From the IMG/VR virus record IMGVR_UViG_3300002098_000013: 40,248 nucleotides of DNA; one strand, given 5' to 3'. The notes under the pieces are model-generated. The model saw only the letters and a program-made list of their open reading frames with translations, was not told the origin of the DNA and made no database searches. Made by a program: the position numbers and the translations under genes. Positions 1 through 7,676 of this stretch are shown one piece after another. Numbering within the stretch: position 1 is the stretch's first letter; every line of letters begins with the position of its first letter. Source of the stretch: a virus.

Positions 1-101
1 CCTCGGTGCGCAGCGCCGCGACCTCGGCTTCGAGAGCGGGCAGCCCCCTCGGCGTCACAGGTTGTCCTCCCAGCCGAGGCAGTAGAGATATGCTACTGAA
101 T
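1..101. repeat. Terminal direct repeat, copy 1 (identical to 40148-40248)
   Basis: Read directly: the first 101 nt equal the last 101 nt. The repeat spans the tail-fibre stop codon and the start of the next late gene. It therefore looks like an assembly overlap of a circular/permuted genome (unique length 40147 bp), not a non-coding T7-type terminal repeat. Confidence 0.9.
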
Positions 102-1548
102 AACTCGACGCCCAATAAATGTTGGTCCCTTGGTATTCAAGCCACGCTTCTACTCGGTTGCCTTCCGAATTGTTGCCCGCATTATTGTAAGGTTGCAGGG
201 GGCCGCCGCCGTTCGGACCCGCGTATCCGGTATAATTTGTGCTAGAGAAGCCAAATCCAGCGCCAGATGTTTGCTGCTGGGAACCTAGAATACCAACAAG
301 ACTTGCTGTTGGCGGGGCGCTGGATGCGAGGGAAACAGCTACAGGAGAGTAGGTTGCCCCGGACCACGTCCCTGCTACGCCGCTGGCCAGAGTGGGCCAT
401 GTGGTGAGGTTGCTGCCCGCCAACAGGACATACCGCACCCGCCGGCCGTATTGTAGCGTTTGGAGCAGATAGTAGGGGCTGGCTGCCTGCGACCGAACCG
501 CGCCAACACGGGCCGCGAATGTGTATCCGCTCGGGAGCGCTGGCGCGGTAGAGGAGAGCGAGAACAGCCCCGCCGTGGTCGCCGTCGTCGGGTTACGGAT
601 GACCCATACGTAATACCACGTCGAGGCCGCAAGCGTGCCCGTGTCTAGGCCGTTTGCTCCGCTTGCGTTGATCGCGGGCGAGACGCTGACGTTCTTCGCC
701 ACATAGACGCCGCCAGCCGAGTTCGTCAGAACGACGCTGGCGGCGGTGATGATCGAGGTGAAGTTGTTGACGCCCTGTGTGGCGATCTTGAGGGACGTGA
801 ACCCCCCGATGGGCGCCGACGCAGCCGGCATACTGTCGGCGATGACCTGCCAGCCAGTGCCGTTGCAAGAGAGCGTCACAAATTGCCCCGGCGCAACTAG
901 CAGCGTGTTCACCGCCGGACCTATCGCGGGCGTGATCGTCTCGGCGGCGTTGCCCGCCACCGTGCCGCCGTAAAGGCCCCCAAGAAAAATCATGGTCTGG
1001 TTGGGGGCCGTCGAAGACGCGGGGAGCGTGGCCGTTACGGAGGCAGCGGTGAACTGCGCTACGCCGCAAAGTTGGGCGAGCGTCAAGGTAGTGTTCGTCG
1101 CCAGTGCAAGCACCGATCCCGGAACGGTGGCAAGCTGCTTGGTGACGCCGTTGAACTGCGCGAGGAAGCCTAGAGACGTCGACCATAGGTCGCCATTGAC
1201 CGGCGTAGTCGGCGCGACGCCCGCGGGTATGTTGAGCCCCGCGTTGCCCGTGGCGGACGCCTCGGTGACGAGCTTCCCGAGCATCGTCCCGCCGGCCAGC
1301 GCAAGATAGGTGGCGGACAGCCCTGTAATCTGGCCGTAGGTCGCCGCGTCGGTCGAAGCCGACCCGGCGGCGAGGTTGTGGATTTGAGAGCCGAAGGCGT
1401 TCATGCCCGACCCGCCGCCCGTATCGAGCAGCGCGCGGTTCAGCGCCGCCAACAGCGTGTTGTAGTTGGCCATGACCAGCGGCGCGTCGGTGGTCTGGCC
1501 GTTGGTGAGGGAGTTTGGGAGCGTCAGCCCATTTGCAATTCCGGTCAT
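55..1548 (-). CDS. Tail fibre protein
   Basis: 497-aa ORF. The N-terminal segment (LPNSLTNGQTTDAPLVMANYNTLLAALNRALLDTGG...STDAATYGQ) resembles phage fibre anchor regions. The rest is G/T/S/A/V-rich beta-type sequence. It follows the two tail-tube-like genes, as in the T7-like gene order. Confidence 0.65.
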   Translation of the reverse strand: MTGIANGLTLPNSLTNGQTTDAPLVMANYNTLLAALNRALLDTGGGSGMNAFGSQIHNLAAGSASTDAATYGQITGLSATYLALAGGTMLGKLVTEASATGNAGLNIPAGVAPTTPVNGDLWSTSLGFLAQFNGVTKQLATVPGSVLALATNTTLTLAQLCGVAQFTAASVTATLPASSTAPNQTMIFLGGLYGGTVAGNAAETITPAIGPAVNTLLVAPGQFVTLSCNGTGWQVIADSMPAASAPIGGFTSLKIATQGVNNFTSIITAASVVLTNSAGGVYVAKNVSVSPAINASGANGLDTGTLAASTWYYVWVIRNPTTATTAGLFSLSSTAPALPSGYTFAARVGAVRSQAASPYYLLQTLQYGRRVRYVLLAGSNLTTWPTLASGVAGTWSGATYSPVAVSLASSAPPTASLVGILGSQQQTSGAGFGFSSTNYTGYAGPNGGGPLQPYNNAGNNSEGNRVEAWLEYQGTNIYWASSYSVAYLYCLGWEDNL

Positions 1549-1555
1549 AGCTTCC

Positions 1556-3628
1556 TCACTGCAAGGCCACGTTCCAGCCTACCGGCTGGACTTTGGCGTA
1601 GATGTTTCCGATCAGTTGTCTGCCGTTTGACGTTCCCGTAACGGTAATCGAAGCCTGCCGAAACACAAGTGGCTGGGGCCACAGGACAGGGAGTTCGCGC
1701 AGGTACGCCGCCGCAGCGCCCCACAGCGCCACCCCCCACACACCGGAGCCCCACACTGCCGGAACGCCTGAGAACCCGCTGACGGAGGCAGCACCCAGAG
1801 TTGCCCCCCGATCGTCGACCGCCGAGACAAGCAGGGAATCGCTCGCCAATATCGCCAGCGCAATGCTCGTCTGCACGACCTTGTTATACCCACCTGCCCG
1901 GTTGTCCGGGAGCAGCGAGGTCTGAAAGGTCCACGTCAACGGGCTCCCGTTCTCGGTATACGACGACGAGGCCACGGGCAGCACGCCCGATTGCCACGCG
2001 ACTCCGTTGGCCGCCCATGGCACCCCGAGGAAGGACGAACCGCCCGGGTATGCCGCGACCACCCGCATGGCGCAGGTGTGCGGGCCGGTCCATTGCTGGC
2101 TTTGAAAGTTGAACCAGTATTCGTAGATCGGCTGCGTCGGCGCTGCGGTATTCTGCACCGTGATCCGGTAGATATCCTCGGCATAGTCGGCGCACATACG
2201 CGAGGGGTACAGCGCGTTCAGGAAGGGCACCACGACGCCGGCGCCGCCGGAGCCTATAGGCTCCGACAAGGTGCCCGTGAGCCCGAGCAGGCGCATCCCG
2301 TCGATCGCCATGAACGCGACACCGTAGGGGGTCTGCGCGATCGAGTTCGGCGCCAGCGTCCCGACCGACCCGGCCACGGTGTTCTGCGCGAGGTTTGCCG
2401 TCGCAGCGTCGCCTGTGATCTGTGTCAGCGCGTTCGCGCCCTTGAACACGGTCAGCGACTGCTGGACGCCGCCGGTGAGCTGGGAGGTCAGTGGCACCGA
2501 CGCGATCGCGGTGATCGGGGTGCTGTCGCCGATGACCAGCGCCTGCGAGGCGAGGCTGACTTGCAGCGGCTTGAGCGGGTCGCTGTAGACGAGGTAAGGC
2601 CCCAGCCCGAAATACGCGCGGCCATTGAACCCCGCCACGGCGGTCGGCACCTGTGACAGCGGGTTGGTGTTGGTATTGCCGGCGCCCCACAGCGGCGCGG
2701 CAAACGTCCCACCAGCGGCCGTCAGGGAGACGTTGTTGGCGCTGGCGCTGGCGTTGGCCGACAAGGTTATGGTCCCGCCGCCGGAGAAGTTGATTGAGGT
2801 GCCCGTCGCGGTGGTGAGGGCCGCTTGGCTGATTGTGACCGTCGTCCCCGAGACGTTGGTCACATAAGTCCCAGCGAGGAACGCGGGGCCTGTCACTGAC
2901 ATGCCCGCGATCACGCCGGACGTGCTGGCCACGGTCGTGATGGTCGTCGTGGCATTGACGTTGCCGGTGGTGTTCAGACTGAACGTGCCGTTGACGCAGG
3001 ACTTGACGTAGGTGCTGGCCGGGATGCCCGCGCCAGTCACGAGCTGCCCCGGCTGGATGCCTTGCAGGATCGGCGCCGAGGAGCCCTGCGTCGTTACGAC
3101 GCCGGTGATGACAGGGGAGCCTGACGTCGTGTTCCCGAGGACGGTCTGCGAAAAGCTGCTGATATCCAGCCAACCAAAGTACGGATTGGCGCCGCCGGCG
3201 TAGCCGGGGTGCAGAAACAGAATGAGCGAGTTTGTCACCGCGCAGACGACCGGCGGGGTCCAGTCGCCGGTACTCGCTTGGGTGGCCGGGAGCAGCCCCG
3301 ACGCCACACCCGTCAGGGTGACGAACGCTGACGCCGCGAGATCATAGCAGAACGGCGCGTCCTTGCCCGCGTACGTGGCCGACGAAATCCAGCCGTAGGC
3401 CCGCGTGCCGACGACGATCAGCGCGCTGACGATGCCGTTCGGGTTGATCGAGGTAAAGTCGATCGCGGTCGTGCCTGCTGGCCGGGGTGTGTAGACGCCG
3501 CGCGTGCCGTAACTGGGGACCAGGTTCTGCAAAACGCGCATCGACCCTTCGGGCGCGTTTGTCCCGTCGAGGCTGTCTGTCACCCCGGCCGGAGTGAAGA
3601 TGACGTTGCGGGCGTCGCGCAGGGCCAC
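1556..3628 (-). CDS. Large tail structural protein (tail tubular protein B / nozzle-like by position)
   Basis: 690-aa ORF with a 3-nt gap to the upstream gene. It is T/G/S/V-rich and lies between the adaptor-like gene and the fibre gene. The assignment rests on synteny and size only. Confidence 0.5.
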   Translation of the reverse strand: MALRDARNVIFTPAGVTDSLDGTNAPEGSMRVLQNLVPSYGTRGVYTPRPAGTTAIDFTSINPNGIVSALIVVGTRAYGWISSATYAGKDAPFCYDLAASAFVTLTGVASGLLPATQASTGDWTPPVVCAVTNSLILFLHPGYAGGANPYFGWLDISSFSQTVLGNTTSGSPVITGVVTTQGSSAPILQGIQPGQLVTGAGIPASTYVKSCVNGTFSLNTTGNVNATTTITTVASTSGVIAGMSVTGPAFLAGTYVTNVSGTTVTISQAALTTATGTSINFSGGGTITLSANASASANNVSLTAAGGTFAAPLWGAGNTNTNPLSQVPTAVAGFNGRAYFGLGPYLVYSDPLKPLQVSLASQALVIGDSTPITAIASVPLTSQLTGGVQQSLTVFKGANALTQITGDAATANLAQNTVAGSVGTLAPNSIAQTPYGVAFMAIDGMRLLGLTGTLSEPIGSGGAGVVVPFLNALYPSRMCADYAEDIYRITVQNTAAPTQPIYEYWFNFQSQQWTGPHTCAMRVVAAYPGGSSFLGVPWAANGVAWQSGVLPVASSSYTENGSPLTWTFQTSLLPDNRAGGYNKVVQTSIALAILASDSLLVSAVDDRGATLGAASVSGFSGVPAVWGSGVWGVALWGAAAAYLRELPVLWPQPLVFRQASITVTGTSNGRQLIGNIYAKVQPVGWNVALQ

Positions 3629-3631
3629 GGC

Positions 3632-4318
3632 TCAGAAGCCGATGGTCTTGGTGGTGGGCAGCCGGTTGTAGTTCTGCCCAAAGTATCGGCGGTCCAGTTT
3701 GACGCGCAGCGAGCGGTCAGACGAATCGTCTTTCAGCTTGAGATACTTGTTCAGGACGCCCTCGGCCCGCTCGTGGAACATCTGCGCCCGGCTGTCGTCG
3801 GTGAGGTCCATCATGTGCGCCGTGGTCTTGGTGTCGAGGTAGTCGGTGTTCGGGAACCAAGGCACGGTGCTGCTGCTCTCGGGCGTCGAGATATCCGGCA
3901 TCTGCTGGTAGAACCGGACCGTCAACGGATACACCCCGTTTGGCGGCGGCCAGACATACATCGCCGGAGGCGACTGGCTCATGTCTGTCGCGAACATAGT
4001 TGGGATGGACTGCAGGCCGGGCTGCTGGATCAGCGCATCGAACTCGGCGAGGTCGATCGCCACCAGCGGGTAGGGCACGTTGTTGTAGGTGACGAACACC
4101 TCGCCGGGCAGAGTGCGGAGATAAGTGGCCGGCAAGTTGTACGGCCCCGAACCCGAGGCGATGTTCATCACCACGACCGACTTGGCCACGTCGAGGTCAA
4201 AGGTCTGGCAGAGGTCGGACAGGATCGCGTTGAGCGCCATCCCGGCTTGCGGCAGCATCCCGGGCGCGCCGGCCTTCTGCGTGGCAGACACACAAATCTG
4301 TTGCGCCTGCCACGCCAT
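3632..4318 (-). CDS. Tail tubular protein A / head-tail adaptor-like protein
   Basis: 228-aa ORF placed after the head genes and before the 690-aa tail protein. The assignment is by position and size; no diagnostic motif was recognised. Confidence 0.45.
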   Translation of the reverse strand: MAWQAQQICVSATQKAGAPGMLPQAGMALNAILSDLCQTFDLDVAKSVVVMNIASGSGPYNLPATYLRTLPGEVFVTYNNVPYPLVAIDLAEFDALIQQPGLQSIPTMFATDMSQSPPAMYVWPPPNGVYPLTVRFYQQMPDISTPESSSTVPWFPNTDYLDTKTTAHMMDLTDDSRAQMFHERAEGVLNKYLKLKDDSSDRSLRVKLDRRYFGQNYNRLPTTKTIGF

Positions 4319-4321
4319 GGG

Positions 4322-4855
4322 TCAGCCTTCCGCTACGGTGGCCAGCGCCGCCAGCTTCTCGCGCAGCTTGTCGAGGTGCTGCGTGTGCCGGGAGATGGTC
4401 ACGTTGATGTTGCCTCGATGCTGGGCGCGCTCGGCTTCCAGCTTTTCCTTTTCCATTCGCAGCCCTTCGAGGGTCCGCTTGTGGTTCTCGGCGTCGTGCG
4501 CGGCCTTGCCCGCCAGTCGGTCGCGACCGTTCAGCTCGGCCAGTTGCTCGGCGACGTAACCGGCCTGCACGTCGATGCGCGCCAAATTGACCTGGTGCTC
4601 CGCGTTCAACCGATCCACGTCATCGCGCAGGTTCTGCAAGGTGCGCTCGCTGTCCTCGATGTCGTCGCGCAGCTTCGCGGCCTTGGGCTTGGCCTCCTGC
4701 CGCTCGGCAGCGGCGACCAGTTTGTCGAGCAAGGCGTCGACCTCTGCCTTCGGCGCGTCGCGCGAGACATAGGTGGTCATCTTGACCTGACGGGTGTCGC
4801 CAAGGGCGGATGCAATTTCGATCCCGAGCGCGGGTACGTCCTCGTTCGCGCTCAT
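4322..4855 (-). CDS. Coiled-coil hypothetical protein (head/neck module)
   Basis: 177-aa ORF, E/K/R/L/A-rich with heptad-like sequence. Its start overlaps the upstream stop (ATGA coupling at 4852-4855). Confidence 0.6.
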   Translation of the reverse strand: MSANEDVPALGIEIASALGDTRQVKMTTYVSRDAPKAEVDALLDKLVAAAERQEAKPKAAKLRDDIEDSERTLQNLRDDVDRLNAEHQVNLARIDVQAGYVAEQLAELNGRDRLAGKAAHDAENHKRTLEGLRMEKEKLEAERAQHRGNINVTISRHTQHLDKLREKLAALATVAEG

Positions 4856-5394
4856 GCTGCGAAGCCCCCGACCTTGGCCGCGAGCGCCGGATCAACCGGG
4901 ACGACACCCTTCTTGGTGATGTGCTGCGCATGGCTGCGACGGTAGGCTTCCTGCGGGTCTTTCCCGTCAAGCTGCGCTTGGTGGATGTAGCTGCGGAACA
5001 TCATGTCGCTGATGGTCGCGGCCTTGTGGCGCGGGAGGGTGTAGGTCGACCCGTGGAAGAACTGCTCTCCGTCGATGATGAGGCGGTCGGTGTACTCGGC
5101 CACATCAATGGTGAGCGTCACGGGTTCGTCCTGATCGACCGCGCCGGTCAGGGCGTTACGCTCCCGCCGAATCTGGTCCATGCTGTCAGCGATCAGCTTC
5201 TCGCGCGCGGCCTTGCGCTCGGCGTCCGCCAGCCGCTTCTCGGCTTCGGCTACCGCCGCGTCGTATTCCGCGTTGGTCAGGACCGGGTGCTTGCGCTCTT
5301 CCTCGACCGGCTTGCGGGTGCGCGTCGCCTTGGGCGCTGCGGCTTCCGCCGCCTCACGCGCCATGCGGGCGTCAATATCTTCGTCTTCGGGCAT
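4852..5394 (-). CDS. Hypothetical head-module protein
   Basis: The track ORF 4852-5505 overlaps the capsid gene end. The internal ATG at 5394 is preceded by GGAGGA-N7 and yields 180 aa (MPEDEDIDARMAREAAE...). The N-terminal part is acidic and helical. Confidence 0.6.
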   Translation of the reverse strand: MPEDEDIDARMAREAAEAAAPKATRTRKPVEEERKHPVLTNAEYDAAVAEAEKRLADAERKAAREKLIADSMDQIRRERNALTGAVDQDEPVTLTIDVAEYTDRLIIDGEQFFHGSTYTLPRHKAATISDMMFRSYIHQAQLDGKDPQEAYRRSHAQHITKKGVVPVDPALAAKVGGFAA

Positions 5395-5417
5395 GAATAT
5401 TTCCTCCAAAGGCCAAG

Positions 5418-5449
5418 GGGCCGATGCGGGTTTAACCCCGCACCGGCCC
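5418..5449 (-). other. RNA stem-loop just downstream of the major capsid gene
   Basis: Arms 5418-5430 and 5437-5449 pair over 13 positions. The single plus-strand mismatch becomes a G-U pair on the minus-strand transcript. No U-tract follows, so this is more likely a stabiliser or attenuator than a canonical terminator. Confidence 0.35.
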
Positions 5450-5467
5450 TCTGTCCAGAGTGGCGGC

Positions 5468-6817
5468 TTAGCCGAAGGTGCCGTTGGTCGACGCCGTGGA
5501 CTCAATGCGCGCAGCGAACTGCGTGTTGAGAATGATCGTGCCGTAGAACGCCTTCCAGGTGATGACCCGGAGCTGGTTGAACGGGTCCGACTTGTCGGGG
5601 TCCTTCAGGTAGGCGAACTTCGGATCGTCGAGCACGACCTGACCGTAGGCGCCGCGACCGAACACGAAGGTCGGGAACACGGTGATGCCGGTCGCGGGCG
5701 CGGCAGGCGGCACCTGCGCGTTGCCGAGGGCAGTGATGACCACGGTCTGGTTGCCGGCAAGCTGGGTAGCCTGCCCGGTCTGGGGGCCGTAGGTCGGACC
5801 CGAGGCGCAAGCGCCAAGGTTGACCGGGCTGGCCGTGGTGCCCACGTACACGCTGAAGGTGAAACCCGCCAGCGTGGGCAGCGTGACCGAAATCGACCCG
5901 GTAGCGCCGGTGACGGAGATGCCCGCCGACACCTGGTAGATACGGCTCTCGTACTGGTTCTGCGTGTCGCTGGCCGTCACCTGCACGTAGTAGGTGTTGG
6001 TCGCCATCGACCCGGCCGTGCCAGCGGTGCCGGTGATCGCCGCCACCCCGGTGAAGGTCGGGATGAGGTTCGACTTGCAGAACCGGGTTTCGGCCCACTC
6101 GCCGGCCTCGAAGTTGTACAGCCGATTGATGTCGCTGTACGACCACGCGGTCACCACCGTCGAGTTCTGCCGGAAGTCATTCACCACCAGCGGGTGAATG
6201 ATCGCGGCGTAGTGCGGGTTGGTGCGCGGGTCTTTCGAGGCGTTGGCGCCGCCGCCATCGACCGAGTTCTTCTGGTCGGTCTGCTCGTCGCCCATGAAGC
6301 GCGGGGCGCCAATGGTTTCGAGGTTGGCGGTGGTGCGCGAGACGGTCGCCGGGTCGAGGTAGTCGGTCGACTGAAGCGAAGCGCGCGAGCCACGGAAGTT
6401 GACGTAGTTGACCTGCGTGAGCGCCATCAGGTTGTTGAAGGTGTTGCGCTCCAGCGTTTCCCCCATCTGCAAGCCGACCAGTTCGGTGGCCTTCGAGAAC
6501 AGCGGGTGGAAGACGGTCATCTCGGCAACGTCGGTGATGACGACCTTGTCACCCCACTGCTGGCAGACAGCCGACACCTGCCCGATCGTCAGCGACTGGC
6601 CGAGCGGAGGGCCAACGCCTTCCGCAAGCGGCTGGTAGGGCAGCGCGACGCGGTTATACCGGGTCGCGGTGTAGGTGGTGCCCCGGCCCTTCTCAAGGCG
6701 CAGCGGGTCGCCGAACTGATACGCGACAAGCTGGCGCCGCGCGAGTGGGAGAGTTTCTTCCTGGATGAACGCGACGACGTCCGAAGAGAAGTTCGCCGCA
6801 GTGTTATTACCGGCCAT
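5468..6817 (-). CDS. Major capsid protein (HK97-fold type)
   Basis: 449 aa from the ATG at 6817, which has an AAAGGGGA RBS. It follows the scaffold gene. The sequence (MAGNNTAANFSSDVVAFIQEETLPLARRQLVAYQFG...GRGAYGQVVL...ILNTQF) resembles N4/HK97-type capsid proteins. There is a T/S/G-rich insertion around YYVQVTASD...FSVYVGT. Confidence 0.8.
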   Translation of the reverse strand: MAGNNTAANFSSDVVAFIQEETLPLARRQLVAYQFGDPLRLEKGRGTTYTATRYNRVALPYQPLAEGVGPPLGQSLTIGQVSAVCQQWGDKVVITDVAEMTVFHPLFSKATELVGLQMGETLERNTFNNLMALTQVNYVNFRGSRASLQSTDYLDPATVSRTTANLETIGAPRFMGDEQTDQKNSVDGGGANASKDPRTNPHYAAIIHPLVVNDFRQNSTVVTAWSYSDINRLYNFEAGEWAETRFCKSNLIPTFTGVAAITGTAGTAGSMATNTYYVQVTASDTQNQYESRIYQVSAGISVTGATGSISVTLPTLAGFTFSVYVGTTASPVNLGACASGPTYGPQTGQATQLAGNQTVVITALGNAQVPPAAPATGITVFPTFVFGRGAYGQVVLDDPKFAYLKDPDKSDPFNQLRVITWKAFYGTIILNTQFAARIESTASTNGTFG

Positions 6818-6823
6818 TGTGAT

Positions 6824-6846
6824 CCCCTTTCGGGGCACAATGCCCC
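6824..6846 (-). promoter_or_regulatory. Two mutually exclusive hairpins overlapping the capsid-gene Shine-Dalgarno
   Basis: The minus-strand RNA reads GGGGCA-UUG-UGCCCC-GAAA-GGGG-AUCACA-AUG. The CCCC run can pair with the upstream GGGG (6-bp stem). Alternatively it can pair with the SD GGGG through a GAAA tetraloop. Confidence 0.35.
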
Positions 6847-6847
6847 G

Positions 6848-7576
6848 TTAGATGTTAACGTCTCGCAGACGATCCCGAACCGAAGAGGTCTTGCCCCCCT
6901 GACCGCGAACGTCTGACCCGGATGTGACGGGCGCGGCCCGTTCCCGGGACACGTTCGCCGCAGCGGCTCTTGCCTGCGTTGCTCTCGCCTTGCCCGCGCC
7001 GTTCAGGATTGCCTGACCGATCACGTAGGAGGCGATCACTTCGCGCGGCGGTGGTGTTCCGCCATTCCGAATCTGCTCTGCGTAGAGTTTCTCGACTTCG
7101 GCGCTGACCTTGGCAACCGCTGGCTTCGTGGCACATATGGCCGCGAACGCGGCCTTGTCCCCCTGGTCTGCGATGCTTCGTTCGAGCCGGGCGACAACCC
7201 CAAGAGTGCGCTGCTCGGTCTGGCGGGCGATGTGCTCCGCACGTTCCCAAGGCTCCATCTGCGCGAGGCGCTGTTGCTCTTGGGCTTCGGAAGACTGGCG
7301 CTGCTGACCTGAAAGGAGGGCTTGCAGTTCCCGGCGAGAGGCTTCCGCTTCGGCTCGGGCAGCGGCGGCTTCCTGCGCATAGGTGTCGCGCTCGGTTGCC
7401 AGTCGCTGGATACGGGCGCTACCCCGTGAAGGCTGCTGCGCTCCCTGTTCCCCTTGCTCGCCCGGCTGGTGCTGCGCACCGTCAAGGTCTGCGTTGTCCT
7501 GATCGTCAAGATCGAGGTTTTCGTCGAGGGCGTCAAAATCGTCGCCGCCGTCGAGGGGCAGGTCGTCATCGTCCAT
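6848..7576 (-). CDS. Scaffolding protein
   Basis: 242-aa ORF between portal and capsid. The N-terminus is highly acidic (MDDDDLPLDGGDDFDALDENLDLDD) and is followed by A/E/Q/R-rich helical sequence. AGGAGA RBS. Confidence 0.7.
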   Translation of the reverse strand: MDDDDLPLDGGDDFDALDENLDLDDQDNADLDGAQHQPGEQGEQGAQQPSRGSARIQRLATERDTYAQEAAAARAEAEASRRELQALLSGQQRQSSEAQEQQRLAQMEPWERAEHIARQTEQRTLGVVARLERSIADQGDKAAFAAICATKPAVAKVSAEVEKLYAEQIRNGGTPPPREVIASYVIGQAILNGAGKARATQARAAAANVSRERAAPVTSGSDVRGQGGKTSSVRDRLRDVNI

Positions 7577-7645
7577 TATCTTCTCCTAGCCGGTAACGCC
7601 GGCAAGTCAGGGTTGGTGAGGTAACGGCCACCAGTCAGGGTCGCA

Positions 7646-7675
7646 GGATTACCGCGAGGAAGTCTTAGATGTCAA
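7646..7675 (-). promoter_or_regulatory. Candidate internal sigma70-type promoter upstream of the scaffold/capsid genes
   Basis: On the minus strand: TTGACA (7675-7670), an 18-nt spacer, then TAATCC (7651-7646), within the 100-nt portal-scaffold gap. The -35 is perfect but the -10 is weak. Confidence 0.2.
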
Positions 7676-7676
7676 G

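Noticed and set aside
1884-3173. 429-aa ORF in another frame on the same (minus) strand, inside the 690-aa tail gene. Similar long ORFs occur at 3773-4945, 5180-6916, 7725-8681, 25657-26694 and 31747-33102.
   Set aside because: Their translations are dominated by R/G/A/P/H/D and lack any motif. They overlap well-supported genes on the same or the opposite strand. Long open off-frames are expected in GC-rich DNA with GC-rich third positions.
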